Shown here piece after piece: positions 8,598 to 16,596 of a DNA stretch of 64,000 nt; the first letter of the stretch is position 1, and each line of letters opens with the position of its first letter. The notes below the pieces were generated by a model that was not told the DNA's origin, searched no databases, and saw only the letters and a list, made by a program, of their open reading frames with translations. Source of the DNA: Verrucomicrobiota bacterium (lineage in GTDB: Bacteria > Verrucomicrobiota > Verrucomicrobiia > Palsa-1439); NCBI GenBank assembly GCA_037127585.1, contig JBAXYB010000005.1, positions 603-64,602 of the forward strand. Direction: 5' to 3'. The position numbers were made by a program, and so were the translations under genes.

Positions 8598-10424
8598 TTA
8601 CTCCTTCTTCTTCGCTGGCTGCGGGCCGAGGTCGAACAACTCCGGTCGCAGCTTGTCTTCGAAATTCAATTGCAGGACTTCGCTTCCCAGCCCGGCCGGG
8701 ACGATGAACTTGCGCGCGCCTTCCAACGAATTGGCCAGCGCCGTCAGATACAGATTCGCGCGGAACACGTGCGGCGATTTCTTTTGCGTCTCGACTTGCG
8801 TCAGAAACCGGTCGGCTTCGGCCGCGGAAATCTCCGTCCGCTGCGCCCGGTATGCCTGCGCGTCGTACGTGGCTTTCGCGCCATCCGCTTCGGCCAACGT
8901 CACCGTCTTGCCGGCGGTGGCGCGGGCGAGCAGGATGCTGGCTTCTTTCAATTCGAGCGCGCCAATCACGGACTGGAAAGCTTCCGCCACTTGCGTCGGC
9001 GGATGGACGCCTTGCAAGCCGACGAAGACGATCTGGATGCCGAGTTGCCGGTGATCAGCTTCGGCTTGAATGCGCTGCCACAGTGAATTGGCGACGCGAG
9101 TCTGGCCTTCGCCCATCAAATCGAAGAGGTCGCGCGTGGCCGCTTCCTGCGTCAAAATCCGGTGCGCGATCTGGTCGAGTAGCCGCGCCGAGTCGGCGTA
9201 GTGGTAGGCGAACGCATAGATATTGGTGATCTGGTATTCGACCGGCACGTTGAACGCCACGAGATTGACCGGTACCGCGCCCTCACCGAGGCGCGGGGCG
9301 GCGACGAGGAATTGTTCTTCGCCCTGGGCATGCGGGACGTTCCATTGAATGACTGGCGGCTCTTGCCCGCCGGCTTGCGTCTGGCCGATGCGGAGGCTGA
9401 GAATGCGTTTGACGGGGAACCGGCGGATTGTCGCGAACGGCCACGGCATTTTCAGATGGAAACCGCTATCGAGTTCCGCCACCGGTTTGCCGAAATGTTC
9501 GAGGATGGCCTTTTCGTCCGGCGCGAGAAAGACAAGGCACGAGAGCAGGTAGAGCGCGATGAGTTGGAAAATGATCAGCGGCAACAGCGCGTCTTCGAGA
9601 AACCGGTACAGCCATGAATCGGACACTTTGAAACCAAACTGATAGTCGAGCGAGCCGGCCACATTCCTCGCCCACGAGCCAGGTTCGGTGATCAGTCCGC
9701 CGAGCCGGCTTTCGTACGACCGGCACAGCTCGTCGCCTTTGCGCCGCGGCCGGTAAAGGTTCGCGATGAAATTAACGACAAGCTCAACCGCCAAGACGCC
9801 AAGAACCGCCAAGAGAAGTTTAGCGGCGATCGCATCGGCGCGCGGGTAAGCCAGTTCGCTAACGAGCGTCGCGATACCGGCGAGCACGGAAGCAAAGCAG
9901 GTCACGCCGAGCGCGATGCCGGGGCCGCGGAGCAACCGGGCTTGCCGACTGTAACCAAGTAGATACCGGCTCAGGAGAAAGGTTGTGAACGCTTGGCCGC
10001 CCAGAAATGCCAGCGCGAGGAGGCGTTGGCCGGCAGGGCCGGTCAACTCCCGGTACAGCACCAGAATCCAATAGCCAATGCCGCCGGCCAGTAACAACGC
10101 AATGACCGGGACGACGAAACGTTCGAGCGCGGTTTGCGTCGAGCGGAAGGAATAGGGTTCGGCGCCGGCCGCCTCGTCGAAGATCGAACCGCTGACGCGT
10201 TCGCGGGCGGCGCTGGCGGCCGCCTGTTTTTCTTCAGCGGCGCGGCGGATGAGGCGTTCGCGAATGTAGACGACGAGCGAAATTACCAGCGCGATGGCGA
10301 GGAAGGGCAGGAGGGCGGCAAGCACCCGCAGTTGTGTGACTCGCGACAAGGCGAAGTTCACAATCAACCAAACCGCGGCGAGCAACCCGGCCAACAGCGC
10401 GGTACGTTCGGTCCGTTTATCCAT
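8598..10424 (-). CDS. polytopic membrane domain fused to a C-terminal SPFH (HflK-like) domain (608 aa)
   Basis: About 7 hydrophobic helices in the first 300 aa, then an SPFH core (AILEHFGKPVAELDSGFHLKMPWPF) and a coiled-coil tail. Start shares 1 nt with the upstream stop (TGATG). Confidence 0.8.
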   Translation of the reverse strand: MDKRTERTALLAGLLAAVWLIVNFALSRVTQLRVLAALLPFLAIALVISLVVYIRERLIRRAAEEKQAAASAARERVSGSIFDEAAGAEPYSFRSTQTALERFVVPVIALLLAGGIGYWILVLYRELTGPAGQRLLALAFLGGQAFTTFLLSRYLLGYSRQARLLRGPGIALGVTCFASVLAGIATLVSELAYPRADAIAAKLLLAVLGVLAVELVVNFIANLYRPRRKGDELCRSYESRLGGLITEPGSWARNVAGSLDYQFGFKVSDSWLYRFLEDALLPLIIFQLIALYLLSCLVFLAPDEKAILEHFGKPVAELDSGFHLKMPWPFATIRRFPVKRILSLRIGQTQAGGQEPPVIQWNVPHAQGEEQFLVAAPRLGEGAVPVNLVAFNVPVEYQITNIYAFAYHYADSARLLDQIAHRILTQEAATRDLFDLMGEGQTRVANSLWQRIQAEADHRQLGIQIVFVGLQGVHPPTQVAEAFQSVIGALELKEASILLARATAGKTVTLAEADGAKATYDAQAYRAQRTEISAAEADRFLTQVETQKKSPHVFRANLYLTALANSLEGARKFIVPAGLGSEVLQLNFEDKLRPELFDLGPQPAKKKE

Positions 10425-11419
10425 CAGGCTTTAGTTTCGACGTTACGGAATGAGAGCATGCCCAAACTTAGGACGCCAAGCAAATAAAAGATACTGTAGC
10501 CCGCGACTTGCCGGACATACACCCACGGGATCTTCCCGTTAACTCCCATTAGACCATCGGCTACCCAAAAGTGTTGCCAGTTCGGCAATACATAATAAGC
10601 GATGGCCGCCAGCGGATTAGTCCCGGCAATTCGTCCCAGCAGATAATCGCTCATCAATCCGGCCAGCAACACCACCGTACACACCGCCAATGTCGGCACC
10701 AGTTCCAGCCGCGTGATCAACGCCAGCGCCACGCCGGCCAACACCAGTGTCGCCAAGGAAACAAGAATACTCGCCGGCAATATCGGCCACGGCACGCCAC
10801 CGCGCGCCACGGTGTACGCAAACACCACGATTAGCAGGCCGACCAGCAACCCGAACGCCGTCGAGACAAACGGTCGTTGCTGATAATAATTGAGGATGCC
10901 GGCCACGATGTACGCCAGAAACAGCGCGCCCACGACTGGGCCGATGTTATCCCAGGCCGCGCCGTAGGTGTCGTTGGCCATCCGCGCGCTCAAGAGGGTC
11001 GCGATCCCGGTGGCGACGGAGAACAATCCCAGCACCCCGACCACGCCGGTAAATTTGGCGACAAAGAATAGCTCGCGGTTGACCGGCTTGCTCAACACCG
11101 TCGCCAGCGTGCCGCGTCGGAGTTCGCGCCCCAACGCCGCGCTCGCCGCATACCCGCCGAGCAACAGCCCGCCGATGAAATGGCTCGCCAGCGCGCTGTC
11201 CTGCACAAGTTTTTCCGATTCACCCATCGTGTGCATCAACAACACCGGCAGCAGCGCGATGAACAGCACGCACGTGGTGGTCAACAACAGCAGAATGGGC
11301 TGACGCAATGCCTCCAGCAGCGTCAGTCCAGCAATCGCCAAGAATCGTTTCAGAAGCGGTCTCACGTTTCGCGGGCGACTATATACATTGTCTCCGCCAG
11401 CGATGCAACTCGTCGGCAA
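10424..11419 (-). CDS. ABC-2 type transporter permease-like membrane protein (first gene of operon)
   Basis: Contains RGTLATVLSKPVNRELFFVAKFTG (same TKPV.R motif as the 2440-3768 product) and 6 or more TMs. The start is uncertain: TTG at 11419, or in-frame GTG at 11366. Confidence 0.65.
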   Translation of the reverse strand: MPTSCIAGGDNVYSRPRNVRPLLKRFLAIAGLTLLEALRQPILLLLTTTCVLFIALLPVLLMHTMGESEKLVQDSALASHFIGGLLLGGYAASAALGRELRRGTLATVLSKPVNRELFFVAKFTGVVGVLGLFSVATGIATLLSARMANDTYGAAWDNIGPVVGALFLAYIVAGILNYYQQRPFVSTAFGLLVGLLIVVFAYTVARGGVPWPILPASILVSLATLVLAGVALALITRLELVPTLAVCTVVLLAGLMSDYLLGRIAGTNPLAAIAYYVLPNWQHFWVADGLMGVNGKIPWVYVRQVAGYSIFYLLGVLSLGMLSFRNVETKA

Positions 11420-11539
11420 TCCGGCAAGAGCGCGGAATTTGGTAAGACAGTTTCCGGCTGGTTGAAGATTTTTGCTGCAATTACCGAGGTAACGCTGTAA
11501 AGAATTTCACAGTCTATTAACCAACGAGGAGATCCGACC

Positions 11540-11818
11540 ATGGCCGCAAAAGCTAAAGCCGCAAAACGTAAACCCAGTGCCGCATTCATGAAACCCGTCC
11601 AACCCAACGCGAAACTCGCTTTGGTTGTCGGCAACAAACCGCTCCCCCGCACCGAGCTCACCAAGAAGCTGTGGGTGTACATCAAGAAGAATGGTTTGCA
11701 GGACAAGAAAGTCCGCACCCAGATCAATGCAGACGCCGCGCTCACTGCAGTGTTCGGCGGTAAGAAAAAGGTTAGCATGTTCGAGATGACCAAGCTGGTC
11801 TCGCAGAACGTGAAGTAA
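11540..11818 (+). CDS. SWIB/MDM2 domain protein (92 aa)
   Basis: Basic Ala/Lys-rich N-terminus followed by PLPRTELTKKLWVYIKKNGLQDKK...INADAALTAVFGGKKKVSMFEMTKLVSQNV, the canonical SWIB fold signature. Confidence 0.85.
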   Translation: MAAKAKAAKRKPSAAFMKPVQPNAKLALVVGNKPLPRTELTKKLWVYIKKNGLQDKKVRTQINADAALTAVFGGKKKVSMFEMTKLVSQNVK

Positions 11819-11841
11819 GACTGGGATTCAATCGTAGTCGA

Positions 11842-11875
11842 AAAGGCAACCTCGCCCTGAGGTTGCCTTTTCATT
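11842..11875 (+). terminator. rho-independent terminator after the SWIB gene
   Basis: AAAGGCAACCTC / GAGGTTGCCTTT stem with a short loop, followed by TTCATTT. Confidence 0.7.
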
Positions 11876-12053
11876 TGGTGCGCGTAGGAGACGTTCGGCT
11901 GGGTCTACCCCCTACGGTGATTGCATTTGAGGGTGAGCGGGGAAACGTTTGTAAGTAAGCCGGGCGTAGGTACTTATTTTTCTTCCGGTTGGGTGGCGAT
12001 TTTGGTTCAACATGGGGATGCAAAGCAAATCATCCGCCTTGTCGCGGTGCGAG

Positions 12054-13295
12054 CAAAACAGGACAAGTTCCGGAGTTAGCAAAACAGGACACAACACCGG
12101 TAGCCACAGTTATCCCTCCACCGCCCGCCTTCATTCGTCACATTCTCGACTCGTTTCGACAACGCACGCTGACTGACGTCGAGTCCGCCGCCCAACTCGG
12201 TTTGTCCCGCCGTCGGCTCTACGCACTGGTCACGGCTTACCTGCACGCCCGCACGCACCAGCGCCTGGCGGGTCGGGCGGCAACCATACGCCGCCCTGGC
12301 CACAACCCGTCGTGGACTTACTGACCAAGCGGCTGCGGTGTGTGCCGCCGTGTCCATACAGTTTCGCGGCGTCCGAGGTCTTCCGGCTGCAGCACTTCAA
12401 GCTCGACCGATCCCAAGTCCGCCGCTGGGCCCTCGCGCACCAACTGGCGCACGCGGGCCCCGTGCCGCGCGTGCTGGCCCCGGTGCGCCGCTGGCAGCGC
12501 GCCGGATCGGCGAACTCTGGCAAATCGATGCCTCACCGCATCGCTGGTTTGCCCACGCGCCAAACCCCTTTCCGATGCTGAACATGCTGGATGATTGCAG
12601 CCGGGTCTTCACAGGCTCCCAACTTTACGAACGCGAACTCCTCCTCGCCTACTTCGCCTTCCTCCCGCCGGCTTTTCGGGCCCACGGCCGACCCTTGCAA
12701 CTCTGTGTTGATTACCACAGCCTCTTTTTCACCCACGATTCCGCCGCCCTGACGCAATTGGGTTGGAGCTCAAGTTCTACGACATCAGCTAGCGCTACGC
12801 CCCCACACCCCAAGCCAAAGGTATAGTCGAACGCGAACATCAGTACTGGCAAGGCCGACTCCCGGCCGACTTCGCGAGCGAAAAGATCACCGATTTGGCT
12901 GTCGCCAACACCCACCTCGACGCGCTTCGTGCGCACCACAATGCCCACGAAATCCATCGGGAACTCCGGCAGACCCCGCAGCAAGCGTGGCGGCAGGCCG
13001 CCAAAGAAAATCGCTCCGTGCTGCGGCCGGTGCCGCAGTGTCCGTGGTGGGACTACGTGTGGAGCGTCCGCACGACCCTCAAGATCGGCGTCGATGGGCG
13101 CGTCCCCATCGGGACGCAACGGCTCCGGATCGAACAACCCGCTGGCAGCAAAGTTTTTTTATGTCTCCACCCCACCGGCCATCACTCCGTGCTGGCCGCG
13201 CCACCCGAAGTCGGCACCAAACCCAAACTACTGTTTACCAACCGTCCCAAATAAAAAGTGTCCTGTTTTGCTAACTCCAAACTATTCCTGTTTTG
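12054..13295 (+). mobile_element. decayed IS element (rve/DDE integrase-core type, IS481- or ISNCY-like), about 1.24 kb
   Basis: Terminal inverted repeats lie at 12054-12092 and 13258-13295. The inner 20 nt (GAGTTAGCAAAACAGGACAC, 12073-12092) are a perfect reverse complement of 13258-13277. Each end carries two copies of CAAAACAGGA. No target-site duplication is evident. Confidence 0.75.
12093..13254 (+). pseudogene. transposase pseudogene (HTH plus DDE integrase core), multiply frameshifted
   Basis: The sensible reading hops frames near 12260, 12505 and 12760 and hits an in-frame TAG at 12790-12792. Recognisable pieces are LTDVESAAQLGLSRRRLY (HTH), GELWQIDASPHRWF (D1), LCVDYHSLF (D2) and KGIVEREHQYWQ (E). 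Confidence 0.75.
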
Positions 13296-13541
13296 AAAAC
13301 TACACGACAACCCCTTCGATTCATCTTGGCCGTAGTACTTAGTTCCGTTATCAGGTCACCGACTCAGCACAGTTTCACAACATCTGACAAAGATTTTACA
13401 AAACTCTTACCGTATTCTGACCATGCCTTCCGTAAAATGGTGTCTGATGAAGTTGAAAGGAAATAGACTATTATGAAACTCACAACTCAGCTCATTACTG
13501 CCCGCGCCCCGTTTGATTTTCGGATTACACGCATTCTCCTC

Positions 13542-14600
13542 ATGATGAAACAAATCACTTTCTGCATTCTGGTTTTCGTGACGATCGCGCTGGTCGGTCC
13601 AGCCCACGCTGAACAGGATCAAGCCGAACAACCGCTGCGGCTTGAATTGGACTTAATTGACGGCTCGCGCCTTATCGGCGTCCCCAGCATCGAAGCGGTG
13701 TCCGTCCAGACCCCTTACGCCAATATGGATGTCCCGCTGAATCGGCTTCTGACCATCAAAATGGGAGAAGATCACGAAACGGCATCCCTTGACCTTCAAA
13801 ATGGCGACAAACTGAAGGGCGTCGTCAGTCTCGGGCCGATCAAGCTTGCGACGGTATTCGGAAAGGTTTCGGTCAGCATCGAGCACATCAGAAACATTCG
13901 CGTAATGTTGGGGGGGCGGGCACTGCCGGCGGGCGACGGAGCTTTGGCCTTCGGCGGCGTGAACTGGACGCCGTGGCGGACCCTGTTTGAGGTGCAGGGG
14001 GACAAGCTGGTCTCGTTGCCCAAGGTGCGGCCGGGGTTCAACTACGGCCATGGCGGCAACGGACGCGGGCCGGCGCTCATGACCAACATTGGCAGCCCGG
14101 ATTGGAAGGATTACAGCGTGGAGTTCGAGTACGGCATGCGCGGCGTGGATCCGGCGTTAAATCCGCACGGACTGCCGCTGGACTATCGCGGCGGGTTCAT
14201 CATGTTCCATGTTGCCAGCGCGAAGGAGAGCTGGAACGAGCGCGGGGGGAGCATGTACAATCTGGCTTTTACCGGCGATGGCAATTGGAGTCTTACCTGC
14301 GCCTACAACCTCTATTGCCCAACGCCTAGTGGCTATAGCAATCCGACGAGCGATGGCAGTCGAAGTCTGGCGGAAGGCAAGGGACTGAAACACGACCCGA
14401 AAGCCGGGAACAAAATCCGGATTGAGGTGGCCGGGATGCGCATCCAGATTTGGGTTGACGGCGAGAAAGTCGTGGATCTGCGGGACGAGAAGATGCGCGA
14501 GTGTGTCGGAGGCCAGACGCTGGACCACGGCGGAATCGGTGTTGGTTGGGGCCATGACTCCATGGGCTGGATCCGCAATTTTTCAGCCAAACGGCTGTGA
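13542..14600 (+). CDS. secreted protein with a probable concanavalin-A-like (DUF1080-type) jelly-roll domain
   Basis: Signal peptide MMKQITFCILVFVTIALVGPAHAEQ. C-terminal half contains SPDWKDYSVEFEY and NKIRIEVAGMRIQIWVDGEKVVDLRD, patterns seen in LamG/DUF1080 domains. The 5-prime end is AT-richer, and the gene sits next to the IS remnant. Confidence 0.55.
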   Translation: MMKQITFCILVFVTIALVGPAHAEQDQAEQPLRLELDLIDGSRLIGVPSIEAVSVQTPYANMDVPLNRLLTIKMGEDHETASLDLQNGDKLKGVVSLGPIKLATVFGKVSVSIEHIRNIRVMLGGRALPAGDGALAFGGVNWTPWRTLFEVQGDKLVSLPKVRPGFNYGHGGNGRGPALMTNIGSPDWKDYSVEFEYGMRGVDPALNPHGLPLDYRGGFIMFHVASAKESWNERGGSMYNLAFTGDGNWSLTCAYNLYCPTPSGYSNPTSDGSRSLAEGKGLKHDPKAGNKIRIEVAGMRIQIWVDGEKVVDLRDEKMRECVGGQTLDHGGIGVGWGHDSMGWIRNFSAKRL

Positions 14601-14744
14601 CGTCGGGAAGTGAATGTGACTTCTCGGACGGCGACAACATCGGTACCGGACTGAGTTTTCCCACAGAAGCGCCCTCTCATTCACAGTTGCCGCTTCGCCC
14701 GTGCCACTCGGTTTTCATTCCGCTTGCGCTGCTCATTGGGGTGT

Positions 14745-14922
14745 CATTGGGGTCAACTCTTGAGGGCGTGTTGCCCAAATGCTTTTCCCGGTAGTAGCCG
14801 CGCTTCTGCGAAGCGCGGATCGTTGATTTGCTGAAGGAATTCGACGCTTCGCAGAAGCGTCGCTACACCAGATTCGACGGATTTTGATTTGAGCAACACG
14901 CCCTCAAGAGTTGACCCCAATG
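14745..14922. repeat. 178 bp composite palindromic element: perfect 30 bp inverted repeats enclosing a convergent REP-like pair
   Basis: 14745-14774 CATTGGGGTCAACTCTTGAGGGCGTGTTGC is the exact reverse complement of 14893-14922. Inside are GTAGCCGCGCTTCTGCGAAGCGCGG (14794-14818) and an inverted near-copy (14842-14866). Confidence 0.8.
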
Positions 14923-15023
14923 ACCAATGATGACCGAACGAGTTTCCAGATCGTTTCCTGAGGATCAACAGCACACGGAACGAGCTGGAAGCTCGTTCTA
15001 CGAATTACCATACACGCCCGTTT

Positions 15024-15096
15024 GTAACCGCACTTCTGTGAAGCGCCGATTTTCTTCATTGATTGAGCGGCACGCGCTTCGCAGAAGCGCGGCTAC
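15024..15096. repeat. second convergent pair of the same REP-like unit
   Basis: GTAACCGCACTTCTGTGAAGCGCCG (15024-15048, degenerate) and the inverted copy CGCGCTTCGCAGAAGCGCGGCTAC (15073-15096). Confidence 0.65.
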
Positions 15097-15159
15097 AACT
15101 TCCCCTTCATCCTGACTTCGGCGTTGCTCATCGGGCTTTGACTCGCTATCTTGCCGGGC

Positions 15160-16596
15160 ATGGAAGGCAACGATCAGATTCAGGCGCGGCTCGAGAAACG
15201 CGCGAAGCTTTTGGAAAAGGGGATTGATCCGTACGGTGGCCGGTATGAGATCAACGAAACCATCGCCGTCGCGCGCGCGACGCCAACGCCGGAACGCGAC
15301 GTGCGGCTGGCCGGACGGTTGATGAGCCATCGCGACATGGGGAAGAGCATGTTCGCCGACCTCAAGGACTCGAGCGGGCGTATCCAACTTTACATCCAGA
15401 AAAAAGTGCTCAGCGACGAGCAGTTCGAGATGTTCAAGCACTTCGTCGATCTTGGCGACATCATTGGGGTGACCGGGAAGTTGTTCGTGACCCATGCCGG
15501 GGAGTTGACGGTGCGCGTGGAGACTTGGACGATTCTCAGCAAAGCCATCCAGCCGTTGCCGAAGGAGCATTTCGGCCTCAAGGACACCGAAACGCGGCTC
15601 CGGCAGCGCTACCTCGATTTGTGGTTGAACGAGAAGTCGCGCGAGACATTTCTGTTGCGCAGCAAGATCGTGTCGGAGATTCGGAAGTTTCTCGATGGGC
15701 GCGGGTTTGTCGAAGTCGAGACACCGATGATGCAGCCGCTGGCCGGCGGCGCGGCGGCGGAGCCGTTTAAGACGCACCACAACGCGCTCGACCTCGATCT
15801 GTTTCTGCGCGTCGCACCGGAGCTTTACCTGAAGCGCCTGCTCGTTGGTGGCTTCGAGAAAGTATACGAGATCAATCGCAATTTCCGCAACGAAGGCATT
15901 TCGCGCCGGCATAATCCCGAGTTCACGATGCTCGAAGTCTACCAAGCCTACGGCGATTTTGAGACGATGATGGACCTCGTGCAGGGCATGATCGTGACGA
16001 TTGCGGAGAACATCTTCGACGAGTTGACCGTGAAGCGGTACGACGGCACGGAGATCGATCTCGCGCCGCCGTGGCGCCGCATCACGTACCGGGAGATTGT
16101 CGAGGAACGCATCGGCAAAGACTGGTTCACGCTTACGCCCGCCGAACGCAAACAGCTCGCGACCCAGATGGGTGTGGACTTCCCGCCCGACGCGCCCGAC
16201 TACGAAGTCACCAACGCCATCTTCGAAAAGACGATCGAGCCGACGTTGATCAATCCGACCTTTGTCACACACTTGCCGGCGGAGTTGGTCGTGCTCGCGA
16301 AGCCAAACAAACAGGATGCCGGCATCGTGGACGTCTTTGAACTCATCATCAACGGCCAGGAGATCGCGCCGGCGTATTCGGAGTTGAACGACCCGGTCGT
16401 CCAGCGCGCCCGACTCCTCGCTCAAGCCGCCGGTCACGCTGAACATCTCGACGAAGATTTCCTCACCGCCCTCGAACACGGCATGCCGCCTGCCGGCGGG
16501 ATGGGCATGGGCATCGACCGGCTCGTGATGATGTTGACCGGCGCGGAGAGTATCCGGGACGTGATCCTGTTCCCATTATTGCGCCCGCAATCATGA
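15160..16596 (+). CDS. lysS: lysine--tRNA ligase, class II
   Basis: OB-fold N-terminus and class II motifs ([18 protein letters not shown]; [16 protein letters not shown]). Start is ATG 15160, or TTG 15151 as in the ORF track. Confidence 0.95.
   Translation: MEGNDQIQARLEKRAKLLEKGIDPYGGRYEINETIAVARATPTPERDVRLAGRLMSHRDMGKSMFADLKDSSGRIQLYIQKKVLSDEQFEMFKHFVDLGDIIGVTGKLFVTHAGELTVRVETWTILSKAIQPLPKEHFGLKDTETRLRQRYLDLWLNEKSRETFLLRSKIVSEIRKFLDGRGFVEVETPMMQPLAGGAAAEPFKTHHNALDLDLFLRVAPELYLKRLLVGGFEKVYEINRNFRNEGISRRHNPEFTMLEVYQAYGDFETMMDLVQGMIVTIAENIFDELTVKRYDGTEIDLAPPWRRITYREIVEERIGKDWFTLTPAERKQLATQMGVDFPPDAPDYEVTNAIFEKTIEPTLINPTFVTHLPAELVVLAKPNKQDAGIVDVFELIINGQEIAPAYSELNDPVVQRARLLAQAAGHAEHLDEDFLTALEHGMPPAGGMGMGIDRLVMMLTGAESIRDVILFPLLRPQS

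Noticed and set aside
11362-11874. 170-aa minus-strand ORF
   Set aside because: It is antisense to the SWIB gene and spans its terminator. The plus-strand product has a clear domain signature.
12093-13254. Programmed ribosomal frameshifting in the IS transposase
   Set aside because: Three separate frame changes in different directions plus an in-frame TAG are required. No slippery heptamer is evident at the junctions. Decay is the simpler explanation.
14740-15100. Possible CRISPR array, because of repeated 25-30 nt units
   Set aside because: The units are in alternating (inverted) orientation, are themselves palindromic, have irregular spacing, and number only four copies. No cas genes are in the window. 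This fits REP/MITE-type elements instead.
14998-16479. 493-aa minus-strand ORF
   Set aside because: It lies exactly antisense to lysS, whose product has unmistakable class II LysRS motifs. The antisense translation is Arg/Asp/Glu/Leu-rich low-information sequence, typical of GC-rich genomes.
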